NCBI GenBank assembly: GCA_040954595.2
Contig: CM082578.2
Coordinates: 14,926,998 to 14,990,997, forward strand
DNA length: 64,000 bases
Direction: 5' to 3'
From: Balanoglossus misakiensis
Taxonomy: Eukaryota > Animalia > Hemichordata
Within the stretch, counting starts at the first letter, position 1. Each line of letters opens with the position of its first letter. This document shows positions 25,242-37,690 of the stretch, piece by piece. Below the pieces are notes generated by a model. The model made no database searches, was not told where the DNA came from, and was given only the letters and a program-made list of their open reading frames with translations. A program made the position numbers and the translations under genes.

Positions 25242-25365
25242 TAACTTACCTGCTTCGAAAAAGTAAATGTTTCACGGCATTCCACCCTCCATAATTTAAT
25301 GAGTCGCCATCGTTTACTTCAAAAGTTTCATTCGTTGCTCCATTTTCTCTGTCGGTATTGACCAT
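23538..25365 (-). CDS. TIMMDC1: Complex I assembly factor TIMMDC1 (Tim17/22/23 family)
   Basis: GWNAVKHLLF, GFAYGGFPA, YIEQSHATPYEHR, RGFIRYGWRWGWRV match TIMMDC1; ATG 25365 has an upstream in-frame stop; TGA at 23538-23540. Confidence 0.9.
25211..25241 (+). repeat. (CAT)10 microsatellite in TIMMDC1 intron 1
   Basis: Direct reading. Confidence 0.9.
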
Positions 25366-25599
25366 TTTTACAGTTGTTCTGTAGCTGTGTACCTTGGTTT
25401 GGGTCAAACTCTTTCACATCATCAACATCATACCACTGTCTTCTAAGATACCCCAACCTTTGTCGTGAACGTGCTTTTAGTTATGAGTGCTTGGTGTAAC
25501 ACTATTACCTGAGGTTGAGGTGTGATACAAATGTTCTCATCACGCTTTATGCTTACACAATTCACCTTACATCTGTCTGCATTTAAAACTTTAATATAG

Positions 25600-25960
25600 C
25601 AGAAGAACCATCGAGAGGTCAAGCAAGGTCAGGGGAACTTGACTTGTGTCTGAGTTCAAAGTTCATATGGCTGCGACACATTGTACTCACAAAATCTTCA
25701 TTCAATAAATCAATCACCCAAAAATTTCATTTTTTTTATTCAAAACATTCCCCTGAAGTCTCTTAATGACATGGACATGAAGATAATTTAATTATGCTGT
25801 TATAATTAGCTTATTACCAGCATGCATTACACCATGGGAATGATGGGAAATCTGAAAGCCGCCATATTGCTCAACGCGAAGCCATTTTTGGGTACTCAAC
25901 TTCTCAAGGTCCATTTACACCGATTTCGTTTCTCAGAATTCATTTATGCGTAAATCTGAA
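25600..25960. promoter_or_regulatory. Bidirectional promoter TIMMDC1/RBM5-10
   Basis: YY1-like GCCGCCATATT (~25858) and GCCATTTT (~25881); ZNF143-like TGCAT..TGGGA; nuclear-receptor repeats AGGTCAagcaAGGTCA and AGTTCAaAGTTCA at 25616-25666. Confidence 0.55.
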
Positions 25961-25961
25961 A

Positions 25962-28900
25962 ATGAGCGGGTAAGTAAGATAAGTTTACTTGGACAAACGA
26001 CTGGTTTTAGATGTCGCGCATCAGACGCACGTATGACACAGTCACACCATTGGGAATCGAATACTGCAGTTGTGTAAACAATATCTCCAGTCCAGGCTTC
26101 ACCTTCGTGCCCTGTGCACCTTTTAACTGGTTGTCGCAGCGAAGAAGTGTGCAGTACTTATGTTTATCACTCGCAAAATGTGAGGAATATAAAAGATACA
26201 GAGCACGATACAGAGGCTGCAGTGCACTTGCGGTGCTACCAATGTCCCATTTCAAGTAGCATTGATTGAAATGTACAATTTGTCCCTGTAAGCTGGTCCT
26301 TATGATCACATCATGTAAAGTGAATTTTATGATGCATTTTACAGGGATTTTTATGATGGTCATGAATATGGAGATAACAGAAGTGGATATTTTCAGAACA
26401 GTGACTTTGACATACAGATAAGATCAGCAAATCCCTTCTTTGATAAAGATGAGAGGGAGAGGGGTGATGTTGATATGAGAGTACGAATGGACGATTTTTA
26501 CGATACCAGAAGGGATGACAGATTCAGAAGAGATGAGAAAGACTTGTACAGTGGTGCCAACAGAGAGGACAGTTTTAATGTAAACAGAGAAAGCAGGGAT
26601 GACAGAGATAGAGGAAGAGACCTCTACAGCCGAGAAAGAGACCGGGATCGCGACCGGGGAAGGTACAGAGACCGAGAACGGGACAGAGATCGGGATGATA
26701 AGCGGGAGTTTGACAGACGAAACAGACAGGTCAGTTGATCTTACATGTATAATGCCAGTGAAAGTTCACAACCAGCTGTTTCCTTGTTGAAAGGAAAACT
26801 GAGATTATGCTCAATGAGCACAATTTCAGATTTTCTTAACCCCATATGTCATTCATGGTGTGCGTTGCCATACATGACAAAAACCCAAATGGTAGCACCA
26901 TTCATTTGCCTACATGCACGTGTACTTTATTTACTTCTACCTGCAGTTGCATGTATTTGTCTACAATATCTTAACAGTCTGGTTTTAATAAGAAGTTTTT
27001 ACCAAACAATAAGATTTGGTTTATTCTATTCTTCAGAGAGGATCTGAGGGTGGATATAGGAATAATGATAAATACCAGGATTCCAGAGACCGAGACAGGG
27101 ATAGGGATAGAGAAAAAGACCGAGAGAGGAACAGAGATCGGGATCGAGATCGAGACAGGAGCCGTGACAGGGACAGAGACCAAGACAGGGACCGTGATCG
27201 GGATAGAGACCGAGAGAGGAATACTGCAGATCAGCCAAGTACAGTCATCATGCTGAGAGGATTGCCCAGTAATGTCATAGAAGATGATGTGAGTGTGTGA
27301 TATGATCTACTCTAAGAACTCACTGACATATGAAATTGTACTGATTTTATTTGTTGAAATACCGAATTCACTCACAGATTTGAAAGGACACACTGCCATC
27401 TATCATGACAGTTTATATTGCCTTTTTATATCTTCCAGATTCAAGTTGAAATTGATGATTTTGGGGTGCCTGTGAAGGACATAGTGCTGGCAAGAAAACA
27501 GAAAGGAAAAAAATTATCATCAGGTGAGGATCAGCGTTCTCGGCTTGTCTTGTTCTTTGTGACATATCAGGTCAACTCCGTCCTTGGTTATTCTTTACTA
27601 TCAATCACGTGATCTGGCAATGTGTCACATGGCGCAGTCATTTCCAGATGACGGGCAAGCAATATTTCGGCATCCAGTAAAAGTTTTTCCGAGTATGTTT
27701 TTACTTTAGAACCGCCAAACACATAACATGTATCGGGTATGTTGCCTCATCAGCCTCATTGCATTTCGTCTGCACAGTCTTTGTCTGCACCACGTAAGTC
27801 CACGTTGCTGAAGTTGCCCGTCATCTGGAAATCTGAACGCGAACGTAACTGCCACCTGAACGCGTCTGACGTCATTTGATAGCGAAGAATAGTTGACAGA
27901 TAGCCTCTACCACTCACCGAACACTCATCTGTGGTTTGTTCTGTCCTGTGCTTAAGTAAACAGATACAGACTTCAGTGTGCTTGTACTCTTACCTTAGAT
28001 AAGCATGCACCAGAACTTTTTTTTTCTCCACACTGTTTCTTTGGAGAAGCGTTATGAATAACGTTAATATTTTATTCCCTCAGAAGTAAGGTAAACTGGT
28101 ATCAAATGAATTGTTGTACTTACGAAATGTCTTTGTTCTTTGAATTATTATATAAATGAAATGCGAATTGAATTGTTAAAGAGGTAAAATATTCTTGATA
28201 AAGCAAGAACTGTGTGGACTGTACAAAAGTAGTTTTCAAAACACTTGTTTATATGATTTACTTGAAAATTGTAATCTAATACCTGTAATCTAATACAAAT
28301 CAGGTCCACTGTTTTCTTCGTTTGAGTGTAGAAGATAGTTTCAATAAAATAGTTTCAAACTAAGAAAAGGCAGAAAAACATTCCATTGGAATTTTAGCCT
28401 ACCAATTGCTAGAATGTGCCAAGGGGATATGATAATACAATGAAAAGAACCGTATTATTTCTCTAGCTGTCAAAAGAACATTAACAATGCGTAAAAGATT
28501 TTACAAAATTGCTGTCACAATCGGTAAGTATGGTTTTGCGTTTAATGCAAAATTCAATGTTACTTTTCATCAATGAGTGATGGTGAGTGGTGAGGCTGAA
28601 ATTCAGGGATGGCGAGAGAAACACTTGACAAGTTGAGGTTCTACATGTTGTCTGACCTGCACATGTTTTCTAATACAACACATTCTGGATGCTCATCATC
28701 TTTAGGTGCTTCCCGTGGTTTTGCCTTTGTGGAGTTTCAAAACCTATCAGACGCAACTCGTTGGATGGAACAGAACCAGGTTTTAGAGTTTTTCCACATC
28801 TTGATATACCTGAGTGTCTTCATAAAATTGCTGGTCACTGGCTTTCAGGAAGGAGAGCTGATGGCTGGCAAATCAACAAATACTTCTCTGGTTTGGTAGT

Positions 28901-31900
28901 AGGTTAAACAATGAACTGTGTGATCGTAAAGAAAATCGAATCATACTGAGAACATTTCAAAACTACTCAACATGTACAACATATGAATAAATTTTGATGA
29001 TCCTGACCAGTGATTTCGTGCTAACCATTTCGGCTCAGGCTTATGCATCCCACACCCTTGTTATGTCCATAAGGGTAAACTCAGAATGAACCATTTCTGT
29101 GTGAGGCATGATCATGCTCGCATAGACCATCTTCTGTTTTACAAATTTTGTTTGGATTACTTCGCCCACTGGCATGAAAATTTTTTATTTTATTCATAAT
29201 AACCCTGAGTTCCCTGTGATAGTAACACGATGGGAGAAGTGATGCATAAATGGCATGATGAAGCTGTACTGTCCTGAAATAACAAATTTCTAAATTTGTA
29301 TGATGGTAGACAGAGAGAGTAGCTCAGTAAATTTGAAAAGATACCAAAATGGTGGATGTTAATTAATTAATAAAGGTTTTAGTTTTAGACTAACCGGTAT
29401 CATTTTGTCAATGTTGGGGTTGTCTGATTTTGCTTTTGAAGAGAACAAAATGTGTTGTAGAAATAACTCTCAAATGATTGGTCTGAAATAATTATCTTCA
29501 CTAGTGCGAAGCTGAGAAACAAGTGATGTTGATTCTGATGATGTCCTGACCGCCCAATGTCAGTATGAGATTTCTTTAGACTGGTTTCAAAGGTTACTGT
29601 AGTGCAAAGCATAAATTTCAAGACAGTACAGCTTTTAAAGACCAGAGGGCACTTTTTGATGGGGAGGGGAGGGGGATATGGCTCACAATGAAATTTGTAT
29701 ACATGTATCTGTATAGCTTCGACAAAATCTTCCAAAAGAATAAGCAACAAATATTTCAATGGCCATCAATAAAGTTGTAGCTGGAGATGGTTGCCGGCAC
29801 GTAATAGATATCTCAAGCAGGTGTTTGTGGATAAATGTCTTCATGAGTACCTGAAGAAAATGAAGGTAGTGTTCGAGGAATTCATATCCGCGTGTCTCAA
29901 GTCTGTCAGGTGTTGAACAGATCAAGATGTACGCTGTTAGGCCAAGGACTTGATTTCAGATGGTGGCGTAGAGTTTTGTGTTGAACGGAGGAATGAAGAA
30001 GACTGGCATCCATCCCCCCTTCAAGCCATCTGTGGAAGCAGTGTCGTGCACTGTTGTCAGATAATTGTCTTGAAAGGTTTTGTGTTGAAGGGTTTTTCTG
30101 AACCATTTCAAAGATTGTAATTGTGGTGAATATCTCTTCACAGGCACGCATTAAACTACGTGGACAGTGGGTTCTTATGAATTACAGCCAGCCAAGGCCG
30201 CAGAGAGATCATGACTGGAATTGTTCAAAGGTGAGAGTGTGTAATGTAATTTTGTACTTGCTGAGTTTACATGTTTTCAATCCCTGGTTCTTGAATGTTT
30301 ATGTGCTTTTCTCCAAATTTTATGTACAGGTTAATTGTACTTTAAGTTTCACCTAGCTGAAATGATATTCAAATCCTTTTTTTCAGTGTGGAGCTTATAA
30401 TTTTAAGCGACGAGATCGATGTTTCAAGTGTAGTGTTTCCAGAGAAGGTCAGTATACGATAGTTGAAGATTAAAACTGCCATTTAGACTTGATAATTTTC
30501 ATCATTCTTTCCTTTCTTTAAGGATTAAAAACAACCTGCAAAATCTGTAGGGTAAAAATGATGAATGATACTAGGTATAAGTAGACAGCCCAGCCTTTCT
30601 TTCATGCACACTGTTTGCTTTTTACAGAATCAGCCCAGTACATCAGGGACAACTATGACGGTATTGAAGAAGTTGGCACAGAACCTAGCACAAGTAAGTT
30701 TCTTGTCAGAAGTTGGGTGGACCGTGTTTGACATTCCAGTCTCCAATCTAACAAGACTGAAAATGTTATCAGGCAAAGCTTTTTCAGTGAATAAATTTCC
30801 TTGTAATTGTAGTAAGTGGAACCACTTTTATTTTGCTTTGATTTCAGGTTTAATTGTAAGAGGATTAGATGTATTGTCAACTGAGGACAAGATATGTGCA
30901 GCTTTAGGTGCGGTTACTACAGTATCCATACAGAATGTGCGTGTTGCCAGAGATTCACTGACGAACACATCAAGGGGTTTCTGCTATGTGGACTTTGCAA
31001 CTGTTGAAGAAAGCACTGAAGCATTGAAAACGTTAAATACTTTGCAGTCACCAATTATCATTGATAATAAAGAAGGTATGGATGTTAAGGTTTTCTTATT
31101 GGAAAATCAATGTGCCTTTGATCTATGTGAAGTGATATGATAAATGTGCTCTCATTTTATAGTTTATGTCCTTGTCAATTTACCACATCAGAAAGTGCAC
31201 CCAAATATTTTCAGGAATACTCTGAACATGGGCTTGCCACAAAGAGTGCAAAATTGAAAGAAAATGGTGCTGAATATTTTCATATTGTGTCTTTATAGTG
31301 ACAGTCAACTATGTTAATCTGAACCAGAATGCCAAACCATCATCTGTGGTCAGTTCTGGATCTGCTGCTGGTGCAACAAATGCAGGGATGACAGCCATGG
31401 CCGCCATTGCTGCAGCACAGTGGTCAACAGTAAGTACACAATGTATTATCACATCTCAGATGTGTGTAAATTCATTGATATGATATGTAATGTTGCATGA
31501 CTTAAATTCTCAGTTTAATGCTGGCTCCAACTGCTGACCAAATCGTCCCTTGCAAACTCTGAAGTCTTGACTGAATTTCTTTGACAGAGTGCATCACAGC
31601 AACAAGAAATCCAGCAACAGGTAGAAGCTGATCAGCAACAGATATACGACTATTCAAGCTATTACCAGCAGTACGGCAGTGCTGCTAATGCACCTGAATA
31701 CAGTCAATATTATCAACAGCAGCAACAACAACAACAGTCACAGGCAGTAGCCGCAGCAGCCACTGTCGCTGCAAGTGGAGGCAAAGAATCTGAGGGTAAA
31801 ATATTCACTGACTTATCATGACATAATTACATATGTTGCAAACACCATCTAGCCATGTGGTGAATATTGAGCAAATTCAAATGGAGGAGGCATTCTGTAA

Positions 31901-34900
31901 ATAGTGTTCCAGTAACCAAATGTTCTGGAAGTTTGGCTAGAGCATAACCAGGCCGCACTTTCCATGTGTGTAAAGAGCGATATTGATGCATCTTTGTACT
32001 GACTTGACTTGTGCTGTTTTACAGAGTCATCCGATATAGCAGCCATAGCGCAGCAGCAAGTGGCTGCAGCGCGCCAGTATCAAGTTCAACAGCAGCAACT
32101 GCAGCAGCACATAGTAGCCAACATGCAGCAGCAACAGTCCCTCGCATCGTTGGATCCGCAAGAACGTCTTAAGATGGAAGCCCAGCAGTGGACGCAACAA
32201 CAGACCGACACGCCACAACTTATTGAAGAGAAGCAGGAAAAGAAAGGACGACGGCGTAAAGAACAGGCAGCTTATCAAAAACCGACTAGTGTAGAGTATA
32301 AACGGCAGGCCAGTAATGAGGCTGTCAGCTATTCGTCAGATGCCAAGTATCCTGCTCCAGATGTATCCACGTACCAATATGACTCTGCATCAGGATATTA
32401 TTATGATTCAACTACTGGATTGCACTATGATGCTAATTCACAGGTAAGGTGCTTACAGGTTATAAAGTGCCATAACCTCAGCTTTGGCACATACTAGCAT
32501 ATATTATATATATTAGCATAGATTACATAATGTCCACTAAATGTGACCTTTGAACTTAATTACAGTGTGGTTGTGACACTTATAGCATTGTTCATGTGGC
32601 AAACAAAACTCAATGTTTTTGTTTCTTTTTAGTACTTTTACAACAGCCAAACTAGACAGTATCTGTACTGGGATGCACAGAAGAGCAGCTACCTACCAGC
32701 ACCATCTACTGCAGCCACTGCAACACCAGCTGCAACACCAGCTGCAACCACCATCACTACTCCACCGGCAACTCCAGCGGCAACACCAGCACCCACCAAC
32801 AACACTCCCACCACCCCAGCATCAACACCCACCGCCAAAAATACAGAAGAGGGTGGGAAGGAGAAGGAGAAAAAAGAAAAGGTCATCATTGCTAAGAAGG
32901 TAAGAAATTTCCTAACAAAAGAAGCTTTGTCTGGATTGTTGGTGCTTGTGTTATGTAGAGTAAACTGAGATATTTGGAGCCGGTGGCTTATGACAAAACA
33001 ATTTTTTTACAGATTGCCAAAGACATGGAAAGATGGGCCAAGAGTATGAATCAAGCCAAGGACAGCTCAGGTGGCAGGAAAAGCTTTGGTTCAGGTTTTG
33101 GGGAGTTTGAGAAAAGTTCAGCCAGTGCTGATGCTGGCTTTGCAGTCTTGGAGAAAAAGGTAAACCTCTTTCAAGTGTTAAACGAATCTGCCCCAATGGA
33201 CTTTGTGTTTATCATGAATACTGCTTTGTTAACATGAAAATCATAGACCCAATACGTGTGTCACACTTTATTCATGAAATGGCAACACAGGAGAGAATTC
33301 TTTGACAAACTGTGGTGGTGCATGTTTTTCATATCAACCCAAGTTTGCTTCCATGGAATAACTGATGGACCATGATATTGTGTTTGCAGAGTACGCTCAG
33401 TGAGAAGAGTGTCAGTATGTTGGAACAGTTGAGGAGAGTTCAAGACAGAAGGAAAGAAGAAGAAGCCAAGAAAAAAGCACTGGTGTGTGAGATCTTTAGA
33501 CTGCCAGACTGCTCTTCACTAATATGCCTTCATGTTAATTCCACCACTCCTTTTTGGATGTGGGTGATGCAAAACACTATCAGAACAATTTGATTCAATA
33601 TGCTTAAAAAGCTTTACACTAGGATAACATCAAAGTCACTTTGGCCTGTGGATGGCAACCTTTGAAAGATTTACTATTGCTATCAGATGGCCAGACATTC
33701 AAGAGGAAAAGATATTACCGAGTGTAAAAAAATGTAGTAATAATGTTCGTCTTATCAATTGCAGCAACAAAATGCGCCCACTATTGTTGCATCCTATGGA
33801 GGTGGTAGTGACAGTGAATCGGAGCATGAGGATGAACTGAAGGCTTCTGAATCTATCCACATTGACTGGAAACGACTTGCCTGTCTGCTGTGCAAACGGC
33901 AGTTTCCCCAGAAAGAAGTTCTCCTAAAGCACCAACAACTCTCGGAACTACACAAACAAAATTTAGATGTTTGGAGGAGAACTCATATGTCACAGAAAGA
34001 ATTTGAAGATATGGAACGGCGAGAAAGAGAGGTGAAGATTTACAGTCGTAGAATCATTTTCGTGGTTTATTGAATGTCCAGTAAATTGAAGCAAATCACA
34101 AATGTTGGCTATTTTTTGCACAAATGACCATACATGTAGTTGATCTGCAATGCACAAAGACATAGTGGATGGAACTTGTGTTATAGTTCAGTTGAAATTG
34201 GTTTTGAGTCCAGGAGGTCTTGTAGTGTTCTGTGAAGTAGAATTGCCTGTACAAAGCTAAAACCTGAAAGTTGTGTATCTTTCATTTCCAGGCAAAGTAC
34301 AGAGATAGAGCCAAAGAAAGGAGGGAAAAGTTTGGTGTGCCCGAACCACCAGAGCCAAAGAAACGAAGACAAGTGGTGGAAGCAACAGTGTAAGTTTGTT
34401 GGTATCTTATGTAATAGCAAGATATTCTCAGAAATGTTGATGTTTTTATTTAATTCCTATGAATTATTCCTCTGTATGGTACAGATTAACATCAACAAAA
34501 TCACAATTCTGTACTTGGTTGCTGTTTGCAGAATGATGTGGCAACATGTCAAGCAATGACGTGTGGATGGTGCTGCATACTTTGTTTGCTTTTGAAGTGT
34601 ATCTTACCAGATCTGCCTGTATCTCTCTTTGCAGAAACTATGAGCAGCCAACAAAGTCTGGCATTGGTAACGATAACATTGGTAACAAGATGTTACAAGC
34701 GATGGGTTGGAGTGAAGGAACCGGTCTGGGAAGACAGAGACAAGGCAGAAAAAATCCCATTGAGGTGAGGAAAATCCAGTGCTCTATCAGCTTGAGGATG
34801 TCATGCATGTTGCATGATAATGTCTTGAGTGAAGTGGAATAAACTGGTCCAAGCTGTAGTTTAATTTTCCACATTTCCAGTAATCTGCCTCATAATAGGG

Positions 34901-35110
34901 ACATTTGTCTTTGACTGATCAGAAACTATAAGCAAATGATTACCAGAAATAATTTTCTCTCTGTTATAGGTGAATCGACGTCATGCAGGGGCAGGACTTG
35001 GATTGAAGGGAAGCACATATGGAGCCACAGACGCAAACTCTTACAAAGACCAAGTGAAGAAACTTATGCAGTATAGATATGAAGAACTTTGTAAAGATAA
35101 TGATGATTAA
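25962..35110 (+). CDS. RBM5: RBM5/RBM10-family splicing regulator (RD repeats, RRM1, RanBP2 ZnF, RRM2, OCRE, C2H2 ZnF, G-patch)
   Basis: ATG AGC GG|gtaag spliced to 26345; [97 protein letters not shown]; TAA at 35108-35110. Confidence 0.95.
27523..27918 (+). other. Long intronic RNA hairpin in RBM5/10 with candidate 16-nt micro-exon (27778-27793) in its loop
   Basis: Perfect 19-bp inverted repeat 27640-27658/27814-27832; 16-bp arm 27589-27604/27876-27891; 7-bp arm 27571-27577/27891-27897; loop holds cacag|16 nt|gtaagt. Confidence 0.7.
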
Positions 35111-35305
35111 ACGTAATGACTATAAAAGTCGTTGAAAACCTTTCACTTCTTGTATTTATTTTGTACACATCTACGCTTAGATTTTTACAAGTGTTCAGCA
35201 AGCGTTCTTAAGATAGTGAACACTAGTTGTAGAGTTGTCCTGTCACATCACTCCTTGCTTATAAGTGAGAGGAACTGTACATATGAATATTTTCAAAGTA
35301 TTGCC

Positions 35306-35323
35306 AGAATAAAACTTTATTCT
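35306..35323. terminator. Palindromic bidirectional poly(A) signal (RBM5/10 and MRPL46)
   Basis: agAATAAAacTTTATTct: AATAAA on + (35308-13) and on - (35316-21) between the convergent genes. Confidence 0.6.
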
Positions 35324-35608
35324 CAAACCTATACTCTTTAGTTTGTCATGTCTGTGAGATGTTAACGTAACATGTGCTTTGCGTTAAGCTTATATCATGT
35401 GTTGATATCACCACATGGGTGTGTATAGGACTAACCCTTATTGGAACCTGTTGGTTTGGGAGAAGTTGGTGGGTGTTGTATATATACACTTTGCACTCTT
35501 TTAAACTGAAAAAAAAAACTTATATTTTTAACTATTTACACAAAAGACAGAAGTGGCTAGATTCAAATGTGGACAAAGAAAGACGCTTGTGCTGATAGAA
35601 GTCTGCAT

Positions 35609-37361
35609 TCATTCCATTAGAAACCTCTGAACAGATTCCAAATACTGCGGTGAAAGGTATTCTTTGAGTTCTTGGCTGGAAACCCAGACGTGGTCTTCAA
35701 TTATGTCGTCACTGAAAGACACATCACCATCTCGTAATCTTGCTCTGTAGAAAAATACCTGAAATTGAAAGGGAACAGAAAAAATGCATTACCATACATG
35801 TATGCAAAAACTATGACTCCGCATTGTAGGTGTTTTTTTAATATTAAGTGACTGTGTCAACTCCAAATTGTGATTTGTTTGTGATAATTCAGCCACTACA
35901 GCCTCATGAGACATACTTAGCCTCTTCCTTCTACCACTGTACCTACCTTTGCTCCTGTCAAATTTTCACCCTCTCTCAGTGCTGTTGGGAATTTATACTT
36001 GTGAAATCCATTGGGAGCATTGCCAATGAACCAGGCTTTAACATCATCACCACATGTGCTGGACAGAATTCTTTCTGCTGCCTGTATTTGGGACAGGAGA
36101 AAAGGGGGCAATGTATTTAGTTGTCACAATATGAATCCTGTTAAATCTACCTTCCTTGCTAGTAACTCCCCATTTGAATATTCGATCTCATTTGAATGTT
36201 GAAGTGTCTCACCTGTCTCATGGACTCCCCTTCCTCTCTCTTCCCTTGTGGCATCATCCACACACTTCTTTTTCCAATTTTGCATTTTATCAAGAGATAC
36301 AGTTTCTGTGTTAGCTTTCTCTGAAGTGACTTGATGTCATTTTGTTTATCTGCTTCTGTAAGATGGGAAACCAGGATTCATCAGAAGGAACTTACTCCCT
36401 GTGACATTCAAGCAATTGCTAGGTAATGGTATGATTCCCAATTACACGTACCTGTGATTTTACTGGCAGCAGAGAACTGATTTAATTCTTCTGTTGCTAA
36501 GTCGTCTAAATCAGCTGCAGTCAATACTTCACTTTTACTTGCATCCCCTTCTTCATCGCTGTCGTAGTCCACACTCTGCATGCGAGCCATACGCTCTCTA
36601 AAAATAAATAAATAGATTCCAATAAATTCCAAGCCTGTGCTCTTTGAAATCAAGGCGTAAACGCCAACAAATGCCTTACATCATAGATGAATGCACAAAT
36701 AATCATTGCCTGAGAAGTCTCATGTGTGTTCATATCATACGAAAAATTCAGGCCTTGAGTTTACATTACAATATACGTCCAGTGAAAAATTACACCAGCA
36801 CTTAATAACAAAGCATCAAATCAGTGTGCATGAACATACTTGTCTTGTATAAGCTGAACTTCGTGGTCTGACAAGACACTTCTTTCAAATTCTACTGTGT
36901 CCAACATCTCTTGATATCGTTGTTCCACTTCTGTCAGTTCTTGGGTGACAACAGGATACCTCTCTAGACACACAGCACTCATTAACTGCCATGATTGGTT
37001 AACTGCAGTGCTGGTGCAGTAGAAATGGCCTTTCTTCTGCATCTGTTGGCATGTTCTACATAGTTGTTGTCTCTGCAGAACTGTAAAACTCATGGTCAGT
37101 ATCTCATAATTCAACTATTTAAATAATAAACTGTCCTATACCAAACACTTTAATTTCTTATGCATTTATATGTCACCCCTTCACCCCCCCCCCCGGATTG
37201 TAAAGAAGGTGCCCCCCCCCCCCCCGAGTGTTCCAAGTCACTCGCAACCAACAGTGGGGGAACACAAAAATGACAGCATTGAGGACTGTCATAAATTTCA
37301 TGTTCTTACCTCTGAAGGAAGAAATCGCTAAAGTTCGAACGGTTCTGGCCGACTTCCACAT
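35609..37361 (-). CDS. MRPL46: Mitochondrial ribosomal protein L46
   Basis: Presequence MWKSARTVRTLAISSFR; WQLMSAVCLER, ERSVLSDHE, SLQRKL, GESMRQAAERIL, FIGNAP, KVFFYRA; TGA at 35609-35611. Confidence 0.92.
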
Positions 37362-37690
37362 GTTTGCTCTTTTCACATGCAGGCGCTGTGTAATGACCTA
37401 TGACCTCAACATATGCATGTTTTGATGACGTATTACACATACGCTGAGCAAGAGCGTGGTACAAATGAAAACAACATTGAAGGACGAAACGTCCTCGGTA
37501 TTTTCCGTCCATTAGAGAAGATATTTGCCGAAATTTCAAGTCACCACAGAGTTATTGTAGTATTACAATATTATTTTGTATTTCTTGCCAAATTTTGAAG
37601 ATGAGTGACAGCGAATCCAGCATGTCGGTGAGTCAGAGTTAATAATTCACCTGACCATTTTGTTGTGGTTTTAGTGATCTCGCGAGAGTC
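37362..37690. promoter_or_regulatory. Bidirectional promoter MRPL46/CXXC1
   Basis: ATGs are 240 bp apart; TGACCTaTGACCT (DR1) at ~37394; TGACGT; perfect TCTCGCGAGA at 37678-37687 in CXXC1 intron 1. Confidence 0.65.

Noticed and set aside
28990-29560. C/D-box snoRNA candidates (TGATGA...CTGA) in the RBM5 intron
   Set aside because: Boxes are too close together, with no terminal stem or recognisable guide.
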